64,000 nucleotides of DNA from an uncultured Prevotellaceae bacterium (GCA_900316985.1 ONFE01000040.1:1039-65038); one strand, 5' to 3'; positions 1 to 10,404 are shown, numbered from the stretch's first letter. The notes: generated from the sequence alone by a model not told the origin. Numbers and translations: made by a program.

Positions 1-225
1 CAGGAACTGACAGAGCACGCAGTTGTAGGTATGGCTGTCAGCCGCTGAAAGGTGACCGGCATGGGAGACATGGTGGGCGCATTGTTCACACTCGGGGGAC
101 AAGGCTTCTTCGTGAACGTGCACCGCCGACAGCATCATCATCGGCACGAATACCGACAAAAGGATGCGGGCAAACAGTTGTCTGCGCCGTTTCAGTTCTA
201 CTATGATGCTGTCCTGTCTTTTCAT
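1..225 (-). CDS. Small His/Cys-rich membrane or secreted protein (DUF2946-like), 3' end cut by window edge
   Basis: Manual translation from ATG at 225: MKRQDSIIVELKRRRQLFARILLSVFVPMMMLSAVHVHEEALSPECEQCAHHVSHAGHLSAADSHTYNCVLCQFL, open to the edge. Two CxxC motifs, His-rich. -7 box on the minus strand at 234-241. Not in the ORF track. Confidence 0.65.
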   Translation of the reverse strand, partial: MKRQDSIIVELKRRRQLFARILLSVFVPMMMLSAVHVHEEALSPECEQCAHHVSHAGHLSAADSHTYNCVLCQFL

Positions 226-324
226 TTCGCGTGCAAAGATAGCAAATAATTCATAATTAATAGTTTATAGTTCATGGTTTTTCTTTTTTTTGCCTTTTTA
301 CTTTCTTACTTTTTTACTTTTTAC

Positions 325-332
325 TATCTTTG
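325..332 (+). promoter_or_regulatory. Bacteroidetes sigma-A -7 box (TATCTTTG)
   Basis: Matches the TAnnTTTG consensus just upstream of ATG 338. Equivalent boxes precede many genes (e.g. 48694-48701 +, 57679-57686 -). Confidence 0.7.
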
Positions 333-337
333 CCGCC

Positions 338-1438
338 ATGAAAATGGGATTTCTGTTGTTTATGCTACTGCCGCTGGCGTCCATAGTGTACGTGCTGTGG
401 CATGTGTATCAGTTGCTGCCGCTGCCAACTTGGGGCAAATGGCTGGTGGTCGTCTTGATGGCAATGGGCTTTGGCAAGTTGTTCGTCGGTATAAGCCGAC
501 GGTTGGATGAGATGCCGATGGCGTTGGCTACCATTGTCTATGAGATAGGCACTTCGTCGCTCATCATCCTGCTTTATCTCTTTATGCTCTTTGTGGTGCT
601 CGACCTGGGAAAACTCTTTCATCTGGTGCCTGCCACCTTCCTGAAGAACAGCCTCTGGGGTTCGGTGGCTGTATTCAGCATCATTCTTGTGACGTTCATA
701 TACGGCGGCTTGCATTATCATCATAAGGTACGCGAGACGATCACGCTGACGAATGGTAACAGTCAAAAGTCCGAAGAAAAGACCATCGTGATGATGACCG
801 ACTTGCATCTGGGCTATCACAACCAGCGGCCGGAACTCCATCGATGGGTGGAATTGGTGAATGCGGAAAACCCCGACCTGATTCTCATTGCCGGCGATAT
901 CATCGACCGCAGCATCCGTCCGTTGGAGGAACAGAAGATGTGGGAGGAATTCCGGCAATTGAAGGCACCCGTGGTGGCTTGCCTTGGAAACCACGAATAC
1001 TATGCAGGACAGCCCAATTCGCTGGGTTTCTATGAGAAGGCAGGCATCCGTCTGCTGAGGGATGAGGTGCTCCAGATGGGCGACCTTGCCATCGTAGGAC
1101 GTGATGACCGGACGAATTTCAAGCGCAAGGCCGTGAAAGCCCTGACTGCCGGTATTGATTCCTCGAAATATGTCATCCTATTGGATCATCAGCCCTACCA
1201 TCTGGAGGATGCGGAGCAGAATGGGGTGGACTTCCAATTAAGCGGCCACACCCATCATGGACAGGTATGGCCTATTTCATGGATTACGGAATCTATATAT
1301 GAATGTGCTTTCGGTTCCCATCAGCGCGGCAACACCCGTTACTACGTTTCTTCAGGTATCGGCATCTGGGGCGGTAAGTTCCGTATCGGCACCCGTTCGG
1401 AATATGTCGTAGCCAAATTATCGGGAGCCGACTTCTGA
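338..1438 (+). CDS. Membrane-anchored metallophosphoesterase (calcineurin-like, YkuE/YaeI type)
   Basis: N-terminal TM helices; motifs DLHLG, GDIID, GNHE, LLDHQP, GHTHHGQ. Start moved from 290 to 338, downstream of the -7 box. Confidence 0.9.
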   Translation: MKMGFLLFMLLPLASIVYVLWHVYQLLPLPTWGKWLVVVLMAMGFGKLFVGISRRLDEMPMALATIVYEIGTSSLIILLYLFMLFVVLDLGKLFHLVPATFLKNSLWGSVAVFSIILVTFIYGGLHYHHKVRETITLTNGNSQKSEEKTIVMMTDLHLGYHNQRPELHRWVELVNAENPDLILIAGDIIDRSIRPLEEQKMWEEFRQLKAPVVACLGNHEYYAGQPNSLGFYEKAGIRLLRDEVLQMGDLAIVGRDDRTNFKRKAVKALTAGIDSSKYVILLDHQPYHLEDAEQNGVDFQLSGHTHHGQVWPISWITESIYECAFGSHQRGNTRYYVSSGIGIWGGKFRIGTRSEYVVAKLSGADF

Positions 1439-1442
1439 CCTC

Positions 1443-2207
1443 TTATTCAAACTCATCGAGCATATAGATGGGGAGCATCATGCCGTTGAGCTCATAAACG
1501 ATAGGGCGCAACTGGGCGGCCCATATCTTATAGCCTATCTTCGTGATGTGAAGGCCGTCAGCGCTGAGGGCGGGCATCAGTTGGTTGCCGTTGCCGCGGG
1601 TGAAATGGGAGAAGAGGTCTATGTAAGGGATATCGGTGAGTTGGCAGTATTGCTTCAGTTTCTCATTGATGCGTGGAATGTCATCGGTCTTTCCCGTCAG
1701 CGTTTTCCAACGGCCGTTGCTCTCGTTGATGGGGAGCAGGCTCTCTACGTAGAGCTTGGTCTCGGGAGCCTCCTTGCGGATGCGGTCGATGAGTCGCTGC
1801 ACGCGGTTGAACACTTGTTCAGGCGTGAGATTGTGACTGAGGTCGTTGATGCCGCACATCAGGAAGATGGCACGGGGCTTTCCTGGCAGTATTTGGCAGA
1901 GGCGTTCCGACATTCCCTCCGCAGTATCGCCGATGATGCCGCGATTGACCACGTTGTCCACCTGCAGACGTTCATTCCAGTTGCCGCCGTTCTCGGTAAG
2001 ACTGTTGCCGAGCATCACGATCTGCGTGGAGTCGATGGGTTCCATACGCTCGAACTCCGCCACCCGTTGGTTGTAATGGCGTGAAGAGGTGTAACTGACG
2101 TGAGTCACCTGAGCGTTTAAGTGAAGCGTAAAGAGTGAAGCGTGAAGAATTGCCATTGCAATCATCACTACCATTCTCTTAGACAACTTCTTTTTATAAT
2201 TGCACAT
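1443..2207 (-). CDS. SGNH/GDSL-family esterase, secreted
   Basis: Blocks MLGNSLT, NRGIIGD, GINDL, DGLHI; N-terminal signal peptide. Confidence 0.85.
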   Translation of the reverse strand: MCNYKKKLSKRMVVMIAMAILHASLFTLHLNAQVTHVSYTSSRHYNQRVAEFERMEPIDSTQIVMLGNSLTENGGNWNERLQVDNVVNRGIIGDTAEGMSERLCQILPGKPRAIFLMCGINDLSHNLTPEQVFNRVQRLIDRIRKEAPETKLYVESLLPINESNGRWKTLTGKTDDIPRINEKLKQYCQLTDIPYIDLFSHFTRGNGNQLMPALSADGLHITKIGYKIWAAQLRPIVYELNGMMLPIYMLDEFE

Positions 2208-2275
2208 GCTTGTAAGTTTTTGAGTCTTTGAGTCTTTCTCATTTTCTCAATATCTCAATTTGTCATTAGAGTACT

Positions 2276-2740
2276 TTACTCCTCGCTTTTTGCTTTTTGC
2301 TTTGCCTGCTGCTTCATCACGCTGCGCACGCGGTTGACGAACTGCTGTGAGCCTTTGATGGTGTAGCGGATACCCATCTTCCAGATGCGACAGGCTTTGT
2401 CGATGTCGTTCTCAGGATTGTATTTCGACATGATGGTGACGAACATTTCCTTTGATTTCTGGCGACTGAGACGGTCGTTGAGCGTAAAACGGCGGCTGTC
2501 ACCACGGCTTCTCATGATGTCGTTGCATTCACGTACAAGCACGGGGGCAATCTGGAGCACGCCTAAGTATTGGCCGTTGCGGGCTGTCTCAATACCACGG
2601 CTCTCAATCTGGATGATGGCATCCATCACGGGGTTCCAGTCGAAAGTATCTTTCTGCTTGTCGTCCTGTGCAAAAAGGGGCAGGAACAGTGCCAGCATCG
2701 AAAGCAGCATCAGACTGCGTAGTTTACTTGAATGTTTCAT
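2276..2740 (-). CDS. Secreted lysozyme-like / lytic transglycosylase-domain protein
   Basis: Signal peptide; AIIQIES (catalytic Glu-Ser) followed by GVLQI, the SLT/lysozyme-like signature. Confidence 0.65.
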   Translation of the reverse strand: MKHSSKLRSLMLLSMLALFLPLFAQDDKQKDTFDWNPVMDAIIQIESRGIETARNGQYLGVLQIAPVLVRECNDIMRSRGDSRRFTLNDRLSRQKSKEMFVTIMSKYNPENDIDKACRIWKMGIRYTIKGSQQFVNRVRSVMKQQAKQKAKSEE

Positions 2741-2770
2741 TTTCTTCGTTTTTCGGTTAGGGTTTCTCTT

Positions 2771-4300
2771 TTAGAATTGGAAATAGATGAAGGGCTGGAT
2801 GTCGGAGGAGCGCACCTGAATGATAATATAGATGACAGCGGTCAGCAGCAGGGCGTGGACCACGACACCAGAACGAGAGAGAATGGCTGTCATGCGTCGC
2901 TGCCAGGTGTATGGTAGCCAATGCGAGATTAGCGCAAAGGCAATGAGTGCAAACACGAGGCGGAATGAGTCAATGACAGGCCAGAAGTATTCGGGATGTA
3001 GTTCAAGGAAAATATTGTGAAGGATGATGCTCCACTGGCTGATGTCGGTAGCACGGAACATAATCCATCCTAATACGCAGAAATGGAAGGTGATAATCAC
3101 GGCAAAGAAGCGCTTGACGCCATGGCTGCGGTAGCGGCGGTCATGATGGAGCACCTCCTGACTGAAGAGCTTATGGGCAACCACACCCAGACCATGCCAG
3201 GCACCCCAGATGATGAAGTTGAAGGCAGCGCCATGCCAAAGTCCGCAAATCAGGAAAGTGAGGAAGTTGTTCAGATAGGTACGGAACTTCCCCTTGCGGT
3301 TGCCGCCCAAAGAGATATAGAGATAGTCGCGCAGCCAGGAGGAGAGCGAGATATGCCACCGGCGCCAGAATTCCGTGATGGAGGCGCTGGTATAGGGGGC
3401 GTTGAAGTTCTGCGGGAACCGGAAGCCCAGCAGCAGGGCTATTCCGATGGCCATGTCGCTATAGCCGGAGAAGTCGCAATAGATCTGCACGGTATAGCCA
3501 TAGACGCCCAGAAGCGTCTCGATGCCGGTATAGAGGGCGGGATTGTCGAAGATACGGTCCACATAGTTGAGCGAGATATAGTCGCTGATGACGGCTTTCT
3601 TGAAAAGACCGATGAGGATGAGGAACACCCCTTCGCCCATCATACGGGAGGTAATGGTGAGAGGACGGTGGATCTGCGGTACGAATTCGCGGGCCTTGAC
3701 GATAGGGCCTGCCACCAGTTGTGGAAAGAAACTCACGAAGAAGGCATAGTCGAGCAGTCTCCGGAGCGGTTTGACATGGCCTCGGTAGATGTCGATGGTA
3801 TAGCTCATCGACTGGAATGTGAAGAAGCTGACACCCACGGGCAGGAAGATGTCCCACGGCTGGAAGTTGTTGCCTATGATCTGGCTAATGGAGCCGAAGA
3901 AGAAGTTGGTGTATTTGAAATAGCAGAGTAGGGCGAGATCGATGACCATACTGAGGGCCACCATCCATTGAGCAGCCCGTTTGTGCCCCTCGTTGCGCAG
4001 CCGTCCCACCTGTGCGCCGATAAGCCAGTCGCTGATGGTGACCACAGCCAGCAGGAAGAAATAGAAACCGCTGCTCTTGTAATAGAAATAGTAGGAGAAA
4101 AGCGTCACGAACAACAGGCGTGCCGTGGTGTGGTGACGCAGGAGCATATAGACAAACGTGAAGGCAAGGAACATGAACAGGAAGAGTCCGCTTGAGAAAA
4201 TAAGCGGATGAGCAGCATCGTAGGTGAGTTGCTGGATTAGCAACTCAGGCTGCAGATACTGCGTCATAAACTGCCATTTTTCCTGTAATTCTTCGAACAT
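2771..4300 (-). CDS. MBOAT-family O-acyltransferase (AlgI/PatA/DltB-like)
   Basis: Polytopic membrane protein with LPVGVSFFTFQ, FFPQLVAGPI, FSGYSDMAIG, EFWRRWHISLS, GLWHGA. Confidence 0.92.
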   Translation of the reverse strand: MFEELQEKWQFMTQYLQPELLIQQLTYDAAHPLIFSSGLFLFMFLAFTFVYMLLRHHTTARLLFVTLFSYYFYYKSSGFYFFLLAVVTISDWLIGAQVGRLRNEGHKRAAQWMVALSMVIDLALLCYFKYTNFFFGSISQIIGNNFQPWDIFLPVGVSFFTFQSMSYTIDIYRGHVKPLRRLLDYAFFVSFFPQLVAGPIVKAREFVPQIHRPLTITSRMMGEGVFLILIGLFKKAVISDYISLNYVDRIFDNPALYTGIETLLGVYGYTVQIYCDFSGYSDMAIGIALLLGFRFPQNFNAPYTSASITEFWRRWHISLSSWLRDYLYISLGGNRKGKFRTYLNNFLTFLICGLWHGAAFNFIIWGAWHGLGVVAHKLFSQEVLHHDRRYRSHGVKRFFAVIITFHFCVLGWIMFRATDISQWSIILHNIFLELHPEYFWPVIDSFRLVFALIAFALISHWLPYTWQRRMTAILSRSGVVVHALLLTAVIYIIIQVRSSDIQPFIYFQF

Positions 4301-4337
4301 TTAATTTTTAATCTTTAATCTTTTATCCTTCATCCCT

Positions 4338-5717
4338 CTATTCATATCCCGCCATTAGGGAGGCCATCATCTTGGTTGCCAGCAATCTGCCGCCGCCGTA
4401 GGAAGGATGCGTGTAGTCGTGGCCTACCATTCGGCGATTCACAAGTTCCGCTATACTGTTGCGCCCGCCCATCATCTGGAAGAAATTGAGAAAGGCCACC
4501 TTGTTCTCCATCGCAATGCGCTGTTGGCAGGCCACCATTCCCTCCACGCCCCTCATGGTGACGATCTGGCCGTTCTGACGACTGCCACGGTCGGGCATGC
4601 TCACAACGAGGATGGAAGCATTAGGATAGGCCCGCTTGAAACGGCTGATGACGGAACCCATTTGCTGCTGGTAGTGGCTGAACCACTTGCTGCCAGAATG
4701 CTCATTGACGGCATTGAGGCCAAACTGCAGGATGATGAGGTCGTAAGGGTAGAGGCTGTTCATCTGACTGAGCGTTTGTTCTGGAATCTTGGAGAGCGTC
4801 ATTCCTGCACAGCCGCGCATCGAGAAGTTATCCACCGAAACTCCCTGATGAGGTTCGAGTGAGGCACCATAGAAGATGGTGGAGGCGTTGGAGCCGTTGA
4901 TGTTCCATTTTACCCTCGACATAGGGCCGTCTACATGCACCTCCTGGATATTGGGAGCGGCTTCGGCATAGAAGGTCTGCGGCTCGCCGTTGATGGTAGC
5001 CGTGATGGTAATAGGTTCTTCGGTACGGAAGAAGAGAGAGGCGCGGTCCCAATGGTCGAGATTCTTGCGGTATTTGGTGCCGCTGTAGGTGAGCGAGGCA
5101 TTGCTTTCTGCCTTGAAATAACGCTGGGAAGGACCGAGCAGGGCGCTGTTGTACTGTTTCTGGACAACGGCATAGGAACCGAAGCCGGAAGGTTTCTGCA
5201 CAACCGTGGGGCGCAGACTGTTGGACGTCTTGCCGCAGTCTACCCATCCCACGCCGCTGCCGCCGAACTTCTGTTGTAGTTGTTCACGGAGGTCGCAGAC
5301 CAGGATATCACCCTCGATATAGGAGTCGCCCCAGTAGCCCACTCGCACTGGACGGTCCATGTTGTTCACGTTGTCAAGGGCAGCATAGAAAGACTCCATT
5401 CCGTGGACACTGCCTTCGGAGTAGTCTTCTACAGGCGTCACTCCTTCAGGAATGGGAGCGTGATGGCGAAGGGTATCAGTCTCGGCGTTCTGCAGGGAGT
5501 CATTGCGGGCAAAGAGTTGCTTCATGGGCATGACCACGGCCGTGTCCTCCTTCTCCAGATTGTCATTGCCATAGACCTCTGGAATCACGTCGCTCAGGAT
5601 GTTGACGGCACGCAGGTGACGGTCCCAGACGGTAATCTGGGGCAAAAAATGCATGGCAAGAAGCAAGATGGTTACCAAAGCAACGAGTATAAACGTCTGC
5701 GCAGGCCTGTTACTCAT
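4338..5717 (-). CDS. Periplasmic SGNH-family O-acetyltransferase/esterase (PatB/AlgJ-like partner of the MBOAT)
   Basis: N-terminal TM; motifs GDSYIEGD, GLNA, DYTHP. Start trimmed to MSNRPAQ (5717). Confidence 0.75.
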   Translation of the reverse strand: MSNRPAQTFILVALVTILLLAMHFLPQITVWDRHLRAVNILSDVIPEVYGNDNLEKEDTAVVMPMKQLFARNDSLQNAETDTLRHHAPIPEGVTPVEDYSEGSVHGMESFYAALDNVNNMDRPVRVGYWGDSYIEGDILVCDLREQLQQKFGGSGVGWVDCGKTSNSLRPTVVQKPSGFGSYAVVQKQYNSALLGPSQRYFKAESNASLTYSGTKYRKNLDHWDRASLFFRTEEPITITATINGEPQTFYAEAAPNIQEVHVDGPMSRVKWNINGSNASTIFYGASLEPHQGVSVDNFSMRGCAGMTLSKIPEQTLSQMNSLYPYDLIILQFGLNAVNEHSGSKWFSHYQQQMGSVISRFKRAYPNASILVVSMPDRGSRQNGQIVTMRGVEGMVACQQRIAMENKVAFLNFFQMMGGRNSIAELVNRRMVGHDYTHPSYGGGRLLATKMMASLMAGYE

Positions 5718-5896
5718 TTCTGAAATTCGAAAATCGGCTGCAAAGATACCTATTTTTATATTATTATCCAAATAATCAGTGTCTATTTGACCTTTTTTGG
5801 AAAAAGACAAAAAAGATTATACCGATTTCTTGGTTTTATCGGTAATAATATCTATTTTTGCAACAAATAAGTTGTTAATCATTAAAATCAAAAGAA

Positions 5897-6457
5897 ATGG
5901 CAATTTTAATTATTCTTATCGTATTGGCCGTGTTGGTGGGACTTTATTTCCTGAACACACAGCGCGAGTTGGTAAACCTTGACGAGATGGCCAACAATGC
6001 CCTCAGTCAGATTGGCGTACAGCTTACTTCCCGTTGGGATGCCGTGACAGCTTTGGTGAAACTCACGAAGGACTATGCACGTCATGAGCACGACACCCTG
6101 GTGGAAGCCATCGAGAAGCGCCGCATGACAAATCCTACTACCGCTCAGCAGATTAATGACCAGTTCAGCGCCACTTCCGAGATCCTCGGCCGTCTGATTG
6201 CCGTGAGTGAGCGTTATCCCGAGCTGAAGGCTTCGGAAGTCTATAGGGACACCATGGCATCCCTGCAGAAGTATGAGGAGAACGTGCGCATGAGCCGTAT
6301 GGTGTATAATGATTCTGCCACGAAGATGAACCGTATCGTCCGCCAGTGGCCCTCCAGTATCGTAGCCAGCATTCTTCATTTCGGTAAGCGCGAATACCTG
6401 CAGACCGAGGAGAAGAAGCAGGAATATCCCGATATCGATGCTGCCCTGAAGAGTTGA
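5897..6457 (+). CDS. lemA: LemA family protein
   Basis: N-terminal TM; ERYPELKA and RMVYNDSATKMN...WPSSIVA pattern typical of LemA. Confidence 0.9.
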   Translation: MAILIILIVLAVLVGLYFLNTQRELVNLDEMANNALSQIGVQLTSRWDAVTALVKLTKDYARHEHDTLVEAIEKRRMTNPTTAQQINDQFSATSEILGRLIAVSERYPELKASEVYRDTMASLQKYEENVRMSRMVYNDSATKMNRIVRQWPSSIVASILHFGKREYLQTEEKKQEYPDIDAALKS

Positions 6458-8133
6458 CCTGCATGAGGAATCCTACTAAGTTGTTCGCCTGTACAGCCGC
6501 CTTGCTCTTCAGCATGGGTGTCTGTGCCGACAATCATATGCACAACCTCAATATCACAGTGACGTTGTCCGACAATGGTTCGGCCCACGTGGAGGAAGTA
6601 CGCCAATATACCATTGACGACCATAAGCACACGGAGTTCTATATGCCCATGAACCTGCCCACCGATATGTCACTTTCGGCTTTCAGTGTGGAGGAAGACG
6701 GGGAGATGATGACGGACAGCACCCCCTGGGACATCGACCTCTCCCGCGAAATGAAGAAAGGACGCTACGGCATTGTGGACAAGGGTGACAACCGCTATGA
6801 ACTCTGTTTCGGTATGGGCGACAACGGCGACCATACATTCAGGCTCCGCTATAATATAGGCAACATGCTGCGAGGCTATTACGAGAGTGATGGCTTCATC
6901 TTCATGTTCTATTCTCGCGATACCAATGAACCCCCAGAGCAGTTCACGCTGACCATCCGCCGCGATGATGGACAGCCTATGGATGGTACCAATGTTTGGG
7001 CCTTTGGCTTCGGCGGTGAAATCCAGGTGATGGATAGTGTAGTGAAAGCATGGAGCACACAGCCCCTGGAGCGCCAGAACCATATCACGGTGATGATTGA
7101 GACCCCCAAGGGAATGTTCCACCCCGCCGTGGAGACGGGAGGAGACTTCGAGAGCGTGAAGCAGCGAGCCATCGAGGGCAGCGACTACACGCCAGAGAAT
7201 GATGGTGGTAGTGGAAGTGGTGATGGAATCATGGGTATCCTTTGGCAAGTAGGTTCCTACGTGCTCCTGTTCCTTGCCTGCTGTCTGCCTTCCATCTATA
7301 GTTATTTCAAGCGTCGCAAATGGCGCAAGAAACTCATCGGCAATGGCAAGGACGTCCCCTGGCAGCGCGAGATTCCCTGCAAGAAGAGCCTCCACCGTTC
7401 GAACATGATCTATACGACCCTCGAGGGAACCGACAATTCCAAGAACTTGATGGGTGCCTATATCATGCGCATGATCTATCAGGGAGTGCTCGGCGTGGAG
7501 ACCGTGCTTATCAAGAATAAGCAGCAGCCCTGTCTGAAGATTGCCAATCCCGAACAGGCTGGTGCTGAAGAACAGGAAGATCAGGACAAAGCCAATATGA
7601 GAGGCATCGTCCAGATTCTCCAGGAAGCTGCAGGCGAGAATGCCCTGTTGGAGCCTGGTGAGATGAAGCGATACGCCAAGAACAAGCCCACCCGTATGGA
7701 AAAACTCTACAATGCCCTGACGCTGAAGAAAAAAATCCCTTATAAAACCATTGACCAGAAGGATGCCCTTGACGTCTACGGACTGAAGAAGTTCCTGGAA
7801 GACTTTACCTTGGTGAAAGAGCGCCATGCGGTGGAGGTGAGCCTTTGGAACGAATACCTGGTGTATGCCACCCTTTACGGCAATGCTAAGCAAGTGATGA
7901 AGGATTTCCGCGAGATCTGTCCCGAGTTCTACGAGCAGTCAGAATTGGGTAAGACCATGAACCAGGTGACCGACTTCGATGTATTCGTGTCCTCGTATAG
8001 TGCCAGTGTGGCAAATGCATTTACGTCGGCTTACAGCCACAATCATCCCCGTTCGAGCGGAGGTGGCGGTTCGTCAAGTTTCGGTGGTGGCGGCGGATTC
8101 TCCGGCGGTGGTTTCGGCGGTGGCTCCCGTTAA
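6454..8133 (+). CDS. DUF2207-domain membrane protein (usual LemA partner)
   Basis: Signal peptide, central TM, WNEYLVYATLYG motif, Gly/Ser-rich C-terminus; overlaps the lemA stop. Likely start is ATG 6463. Confidence 0.8.
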   Translation: MTCMRNPTKLFACTAALLFSMGVCADNHMHNLNITVTLSDNGSAHVEEVRQYTIDDHKHTEFYMPMNLPTDMSLSAFSVEEDGEMMTDSTPWDIDLSREMKKGRYGIVDKGDNRYELCFGMGDNGDHTFRLRYNIGNMLRGYYESDGFIFMFYSRDTNEPPEQFTLTIRRDDGQPMDGTNVWAFGFGGEIQVMDSVVKAWSTQPLERQNHITVMIETPKGMFHPAVETGGDFESVKQRAIEGSDYTPENDGGSGSGDGIMGILWQVGSYVLLFLACCLPSIYSYFKRRKWRKKLIGNGKDVPWQREIPCKKSLHRSNMIYTTLEGTDNSKNLMGAYIMRMIYQGVLGVETVLIKNKQQPCLKIANPEQAGAEEQEDQDKANMRGIVQILQEAAGENALLEPGEMKRYAKNKPTRMEKLYNALTLKKKIPYKTIDQKDALDVYGLKKFLEDFTLVKERHAVEVSLWNEYLVYATLYGNAKQVMKDFREICPEFYEQSELGKTMNQVTDFDVFVSSYSASVANAFTSAYSHNHPRSSGGGGSSSFGGGGGFSGGGFGGGSR

Positions 8134-8155
8134 GGAATCATCCCATTGGAATAAA

Positions 8156-8191
8156 AAGAAAGACAGACACCCGTAAGTGTCTGTCTTTCTT
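8156..8191. terminator. Bidirectional intrinsic terminator between the DUF2207 gene and tRNA-Arg
   Basis: Perfect 15-bp stem AAGAAAGACAGACAC / GTGTCTGTCTTTCTT with a 6-nt loop, between convergent genes. Confidence 0.8.
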
Positions 8192-8192
8192 G

Positions 8193-8264
8193 TGGTCCCA
8201 CCGAGAATCGAACTCGGATCTAATCTTTAGGAGAGACTTGTTCTATCCATTGAACTATAGGACC
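8193..8264 (-). tRNA. tRNA-Arg (anticodon CCT)
   Basis: Reverse complement GGTCCTATAGTTCAATGGATAGAACAAGTCTCTCCTAAAGATTAGATCCGAGTTCGATTCTCGGTGGGACCA; cloverleaf with anticodon loop CT-CCT-AA and a TTCGA T-loop. Confidence 0.95.
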
Positions 8265-8316
8265 AGATAGCGCCTTTGGCGCGTTTCAAGTTTCAGGTTT
8301 CAGATTCCAACGTAGC

Positions 8317-10386
8317 CTATCCTACCTGACTGCCGGGCTTCACATCCTTGGTAGTGGTGACCACGCTGAGACTTTCATCGCTGTCAACGGCCGAGAGAAT
8401 CATTCCCTGACTCTCAATGCCCATCATCTTGCGGGGCTCGAAGTTGGCCACGAAGAGTACACGCTTGCCGATGAGTTGCTCGGGATTCTCGTAGAAGGCG
8501 GCAATGCCGGAGCAGATAGTGCGGTCCTGACCGCTACCGTCGTCGAGGGTGAACTGCAGGAGTTTCTTCGATTTCTTCACTTTCTGGCAGTCTTTGACGA
8601 GTCCCACGCGGATATCGAGTTTCTCAAAGGTCTCAAACGGGATGTTTTCCTTTACGGGAGCTGCCTTGTAGTTGGCGGCCTCGTTGGCTTTCTTGGTGGC
8701 TTCCAGCTTGTCAATCTGCTTCTGGATGACGTCGTCCTCGAGTTTCTCGAAGAGTAGCGATGGCTCACCTAACTGATGGCCTGCCGGCAGGATATCGGTG
8801 TTGCCGAGTTCCTCCCAGTTGCATTCCTTCAGGTTGAGCATGTTGCGGAGCTTCTTCGATGAGAAGGGCAGGAACGGCTCGAAGGCGATACTGAGGTTGG
8901 CAGACAGTTGCAGACAGATATTGAGGATGGTCTTCACGCGCTCCATATCGGTCTTGGCCACCTTCCAGGGCTCACAGTCGGTGATGTATTTGTTGCCGAT
9001 ACGGGCCAGGTTCATGGCCTCCTTCTGGGCATCGCGGAACTTGAACTGGTCGAGCAACTGCTCCACCTTTTGTTTCACGTCCTTGAATTCCTCGATAGCC
9101 TGACGGTCGATATCCTGCAGTTCGCCGCACTCGGGAACAATGCTGTTGAAGTATTTCTTTGTTAGCTGGAGGGCACGGTTCACGAAGTTTCCGTAGATGG
9201 CCACCAATTCAGAGTTGTTGCGCTCCTGGAAATCCTTCCACATGAAGTTGTTGTCCTTGGTCTCGGGGGCATTAGCGGTCAGCACGTATCTTAATACGTC
9301 CTGCTTGCCGGGCATATCCTCCAGGTACTCATGCAGCCAAACAGCCCAGTTGCGCGAGGTGGAAATCTTGTCATTCTCCAAATTCAGGAACTCGTTGGCG
9401 GGAACATTGTCGGGCATGATGTAGCCGCCGTGGGCCTTCATCATCACAGGGAAGATGAGGCAATGGAACACGATGTTGTCCTTACCGATGAAATGCACCA
9501 GACGGGTGTCCTCGTCCTGCCACCATTTCTGCCACGTTCCCCAGCGCTCGGGATTGCTCTCGCAGAGTTCCTTTGTATTCGAAATATAGCCGATGGGCGC
9601 ATCGAACCACACATAGAGCACCTTCCCCTCTGCTCCCTCCACGGGAACGGGGATGCCCCAGTCTAGGTCGCGCGTCATGGCGCGTGGCTGCAAGTCCATG
9701 TCGAGCCAGCTCTTGCACTGGCCGTATACATTCGGGCGCCATTCCTTATGACCTTCCAGAATCCACTGCTTCAGCCATTCCTGATAGTCGTTCAGCGGCA
9801 GATACCAGTTCTTGGTCTCCTTCAGCACAGGCTGCGAACCGCTGATGGTACTCTTCGGATTGATGAGCTCGGTGGGCGAAAGGTCGCGTCCGCATTTCTC
9901 GCACTGGTCGCCGTAGGCACCTTCGTTGTGGCAATGGGGACATTCGCCGGTGATATAGCGGTCGGCCAGGAACTGCTTGGCCTCCTCGTCGTAATACTGC
10001 TTGGAAGTCTCTTCTACCAACTTTCCCTCATCGTAGAGTTTGCGGAAGAAGTCGCTGGCAAATTGATGGTGCGTCTTAGAAGTGGTACGCGAATACACGT
10101 CGAAAGAGATGCCGAACTGTTCGAACGAATCTTTGATCATCTTGTGATAGCGGTCCACCACATCCTGCGGGGTGATGCCTTCCTTGCGGGCACGCATAGT
10201 CACGGGCACGCCGTGCTCGTCAGAGCCGCCGATAAACATCACTTCCTCACCTTTCAGACGGAGGTAGCGCACGTAAATGTCGGCCGGGACATACACGCCG
10301 GCCAGGTGTCCGATATGCACACCGCCGTTAGCGTAGGGCAGTGCCGAAGTCACGGTAGTGCGCTTGAATTTCTTGTTCTCTTCCAT
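8317..10386 (-). CDS. metG: Methionine--tRNA ligase
   Basis: LPYANG.HIGH, zinc knuckle, KISTS, C-terminal tRNA-binding (Trbp111-like) domain. Confidence 0.98.
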   Translation of the reverse strand: MEENKKFKRTTVTSALPYANGGVHIGHLAGVYVPADIYVRYLRLKGEEVMFIGGSDEHGVPVTMRARKEGITPQDVVDRYHKMIKDSFEQFGISFDVYSRTTSKTHHQFASDFFRKLYDEGKLVEETSKQYYDEEAKQFLADRYITGECPHCHNEGAYGDQCEKCGRDLSPTELINPKSTISGSQPVLKETKNWYLPLNDYQEWLKQWILEGHKEWRPNVYGQCKSWLDMDLQPRAMTRDLDWGIPVPVEGAEGKVLYVWFDAPIGYISNTKELCESNPERWGTWQKWWQDEDTRLVHFIGKDNIVFHCLIFPVMMKAHGGYIMPDNVPANEFLNLENDKISTSRNWAVWLHEYLEDMPGKQDVLRYVLTANAPETKDNNFMWKDFQERNNSELVAIYGNFVNRALQLTKKYFNSIVPECGELQDIDRQAIEEFKDVKQKVEQLLDQFKFRDAQKEAMNLARIGNKYITDCEPWKVAKTDMERVKTILNICLQLSANLSIAFEPFLPFSSKKLRNMLNLKECNWEELGNTDILPAGHQLGEPSLLFEKLEDDVIQKQIDKLEATKKANEAANYKAAPVKENIPFETFEKLDIRVGLVKDCQKVKKSKKLLQFTLDDGSGQDRTICSGIAAFYENPEQLIGKRVLFVANFEPRKMMGIESQGMILSAVDSDESLSVVTTTKDVKPGSQVG

Positions 10387-10404
10387 TGCTTATTTCAATT
10401 TGGG

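Noticed and set aside
8040-8133. GGC/GGT-rich repeat at the DUF2207 C-terminus
   Set aside because: An ordinary Gly/Ser tail for this family, not a mobile repeat.
8193-8264. tRNA-Arg as an island integration site
   Set aside because: The 3' end is followed directly by a terminator; no duplicated tRNA end or integrase is visible.
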